Shown here in pieces: positions 61,750-64,000 of a stretch of DNA of 64,000 bases. The notes under the pieces are model-generated. The model did no database searches. It was given only the letters and a program-made list of their open reading frames with translations, and had not been told where the DNA came from. The first letter of the stretch is position 1; the number at the start of each line of letters is the position of its first letter. Made by a program: the position numbers and the translations under genes. Source of the DNA: Hydrolagus colliei (Eukaryota); contig JAYJKW010000100.1 in NCBI GenBank assembly GCA_035084275.1, forward strand, positions 1,302,001-1,366,000. Direction: 5' to 3'.

Positions 61750-61960
61750 GCAACAAATGGCTGTCTGATGTATGGGTGAATATAGAATGTAAATATAAAG
61801 TGTCTTGTGCAGGATCACATAAAATACCATGACCAGCAGATCAGCAAGAACCATTGCGACAAGGTAGCGGGTGATGATTTGGAGAGTCCACGCATTCCCT
61901 CCGCCAGGACCACGATGGTCAATGTGATGACTTATGCTTATGCTTTATTGTGCCTTACAG
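61750..61960 (-). pseudogene. Truncated copy of GPCR exon 2 (TM1-TM2 only)
   Basis: Homologous to ~58850-59080, but with the splice acceptor deleted, a 1-nt deletion (gggtgatgatttgg vs gggtgacgcatttgg) and truncation after ~60 codons. Confidence 0.8.
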
Positions 61961-62419
61961 TGGACGACATGAATTGATTCCACCATCTGTGGTGGACTCC
62001 AAGTTAGTCGATGCACAGATTGCAACAGACCAATTACTTTTATTTTTGTTTCAGATTTCCAGCATTTGCGGTATTTTGCATTCAAAAAGGAAGTACAGTC
62101 AATTCGCTTTACATTATATTGTGTGAAGCGCTTTCAGATGTCTAGATGACATGGAAAGCGCTATATCAAATGCGAGTAATTCTATGATTATTGCATCCTC
62201 TTCTAGTGTCTCCCCTCCCTCACCCATCTTAGTGGGACATCACTTGACTCCTACTGAACAGACTGTCAGCAATACATCTCAGCAAATAGCTTTTCCGCCA
62301 GCACTCACGTAGTAATTGTGAAGTACTACAAGGCTCCATCTTTGGCCTTGCTTTTCATTATGTACATGCTTCCTCTTGGTGACATCATCTGAGAATATGA
62401 GTATAATAATAATCATCCT

Positions 62420-63120
62420 TGTATTTGGACTCGGATTTAGGGAGTACCATTTCCAAGTTTGCAGATGACACAAAGTTACATAAAATAGTAAATACTGAGG
62501 AGGTTCGTAGCCATCTGTAAGAAGATATAGACAGAATGAAAAAATGGGCAGACACATGGCAGATGAAATTTAATGTGAAGAAATGTGAGGTGATGCACTT
62601 TGGTAGGAGAGATGATGTGATATAGGCTAGTTAGTAGAATTTTAAGGCCTGTGATGGAACAGAAAGACCTCGGGGAATGTGTGAGTGATGCTTTGAAGGT
62701 AGAAAGACAGGTAGACACGGCTGCTAAAAAAAAAAGCATGTGAGATACTAGACTTTATAAATAGGGACAGAGAGTACAAACGTCAAAAAGTTTTGACCAA
62801 ACTTTGTAAAATTTTGTTTAGGCCTCAGCTAGAGTACTGTGTTCAATTCTGGTCATCACACTTTAGGAAGGTTGTCAATGGATTGGAAATGGTGCAGAGG
62901 AGATTTACCAGGATGGTACCAGGAATGAGGAACTGCAGTTATGTTGAAAGGATATGGAGGCTAACTTTATTCTCATTGGAGCAGAGAAAGTTACGAGGAG
63001 ACATTAAAGTGCTTTTCGATACCAAGAGGGGATTCGACACGGTAAACTGGGAAAAACTTTCCACTGTTGACTCGATGCCACAAACTTAAAATATTTTCCA
63101 AAAGATTTAGAGAGGAGGTG
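62420..63120 (+). mobile_element. CR1-clade LINE ORF2 fragment
   Basis: FADDTK remnant (tttgcagatgacacaaag) and LFRPQLEYCVQFWSSHFRK...VQRRFTRMVPGM. Confidence 0.9.
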
Positions 63121-63369
63121 TGGAGAAAATTAGCAATTTATTATTTCCTTGGGCAGGAAATTTGCCCAAGGATTTCCTCTGCCAGGAATTGACCCCCACA
63201 TGTCTCACGTGTAAGGCAACTGCTCTAATCACTGAGCTAAAGAACTCCACTGAAGTTTGACTATCAAAAACTACAGGGCGCTAACCAATGTGAATGACTC
63301 TATCTGAACGGAGGATTTTTGTTGCTGTTGTGGTTGTTCAACGAGCATGCTACGAGACGTTGGAAGCTG

Positions 63370-63910
63370 TACTCCTTGGTTGTCGTTAAGATTTTCTCAT
63401 CTTCTGCTCTGACCTACTCACTCATGACTAAATTACATCCCAGCCTGACTATGCAAATGCACTGCTTTTTAAACTCCGTGACCCGATCTCCCCGATCCTC
63501 GCCAGACTCCATTGGCTCTACATTATCCAAACGATTCAATTCAAGATCCTGGTCCTCCTATTAAAAGCCCTCCACAGCCTTACCCCACCCCACATCTGTG
63601 CGGTTCCAACCCCTTACCAACCTGCCCCTTCTCTGGCCTGCACCACGTTCCCCGACCCATCCACCTCACCATTGGTGTGAGAGCCATTAGCCACTCTGAC
63701 TCCTACCTCTGGAACTCCATCCCGTAGTCCATCCAGCGCGCCCCCTCACTGACATCCTTCGAATCCCGCCTCAATACTCTCCTCTTTGATGGTCCCATTG
63801 GCAACTGCTAATCCCCCTTCACTTGACCCCCCATCTCCAGCAGTGAATGCCCAGTGCCTGGGGATGTCCTCCTGATGTGAAAGGCCCAATGGAAGTGTAA
63901 TTTTGTTGTT
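63370..63910 (+). mobile_element. L2-clade LINE 3' fragment
   Basis: LDYANALL/LARLHWL-like remnants and tail gtgaaaggc. Confidence 0.75.
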
Positions 63911-64000
63911 ATACTCAACCTTTACAGAAGAAATCCATTCACTCGTACTCTTTGTGTAAAACTGACTACATTGAGTCTCTGGCTTTATTCATACACTTAT

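Overview
Vertebrate genomic DNA, almost certainly a cartilaginous fish and probably a holocephalan (inferred from the Ig cluster type and repeat families). It has three N-gaps and long simple-repeat tracts. (1) 3.1-16.3 kb, minus strand: a complete, unrearranged immunoglobulin heavy-chain cluster, L-V-D1-D2-J-Cmu2A-Cmu2B-(Cys-rich mini-exon)-Cmu3-Cmu4/secretory tail-TM1-TM2. All RSSs and splice phases are intact, no CH1 is visible, and VH framework 2 carries camelid-VHH-like residues (WYRQLPGKQREQLL), so it is a probable heavy-chain-only IgM. (2) 23.7-32.4 kb, plus strand: a 36-finger C2H2 gene that the ORF track mis-starts. Its spliced model joins a short ATG exon to a PRDM9-type SSXRD exon, which splices in frame into a PRDM9-like terminal exon (dead proximal finger plus an 84-bp minisatellite array with a 10-finger higher-order repeat). 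No PR/SET or KRAB exon is visible, and the promoter has five tandem RFX X-box-like motifs. (3) 39.3-41.4 kb, minus: a 5-exon mpv17l-like gene. (4) 48.0-48.9 kb, plus: an intronless myadm-like gene with one frameshift. (5) 54-62 kb, minus: one intact two-exon GPR139/GPR142-like GPCR plus two broken paralog fragments. The rest is tRNA-derived DeuSINE-type SINEs, CR1 and L2 LINE fragments and mini/microsatellites; most long ORFs in the track are artefacts of these repeats.
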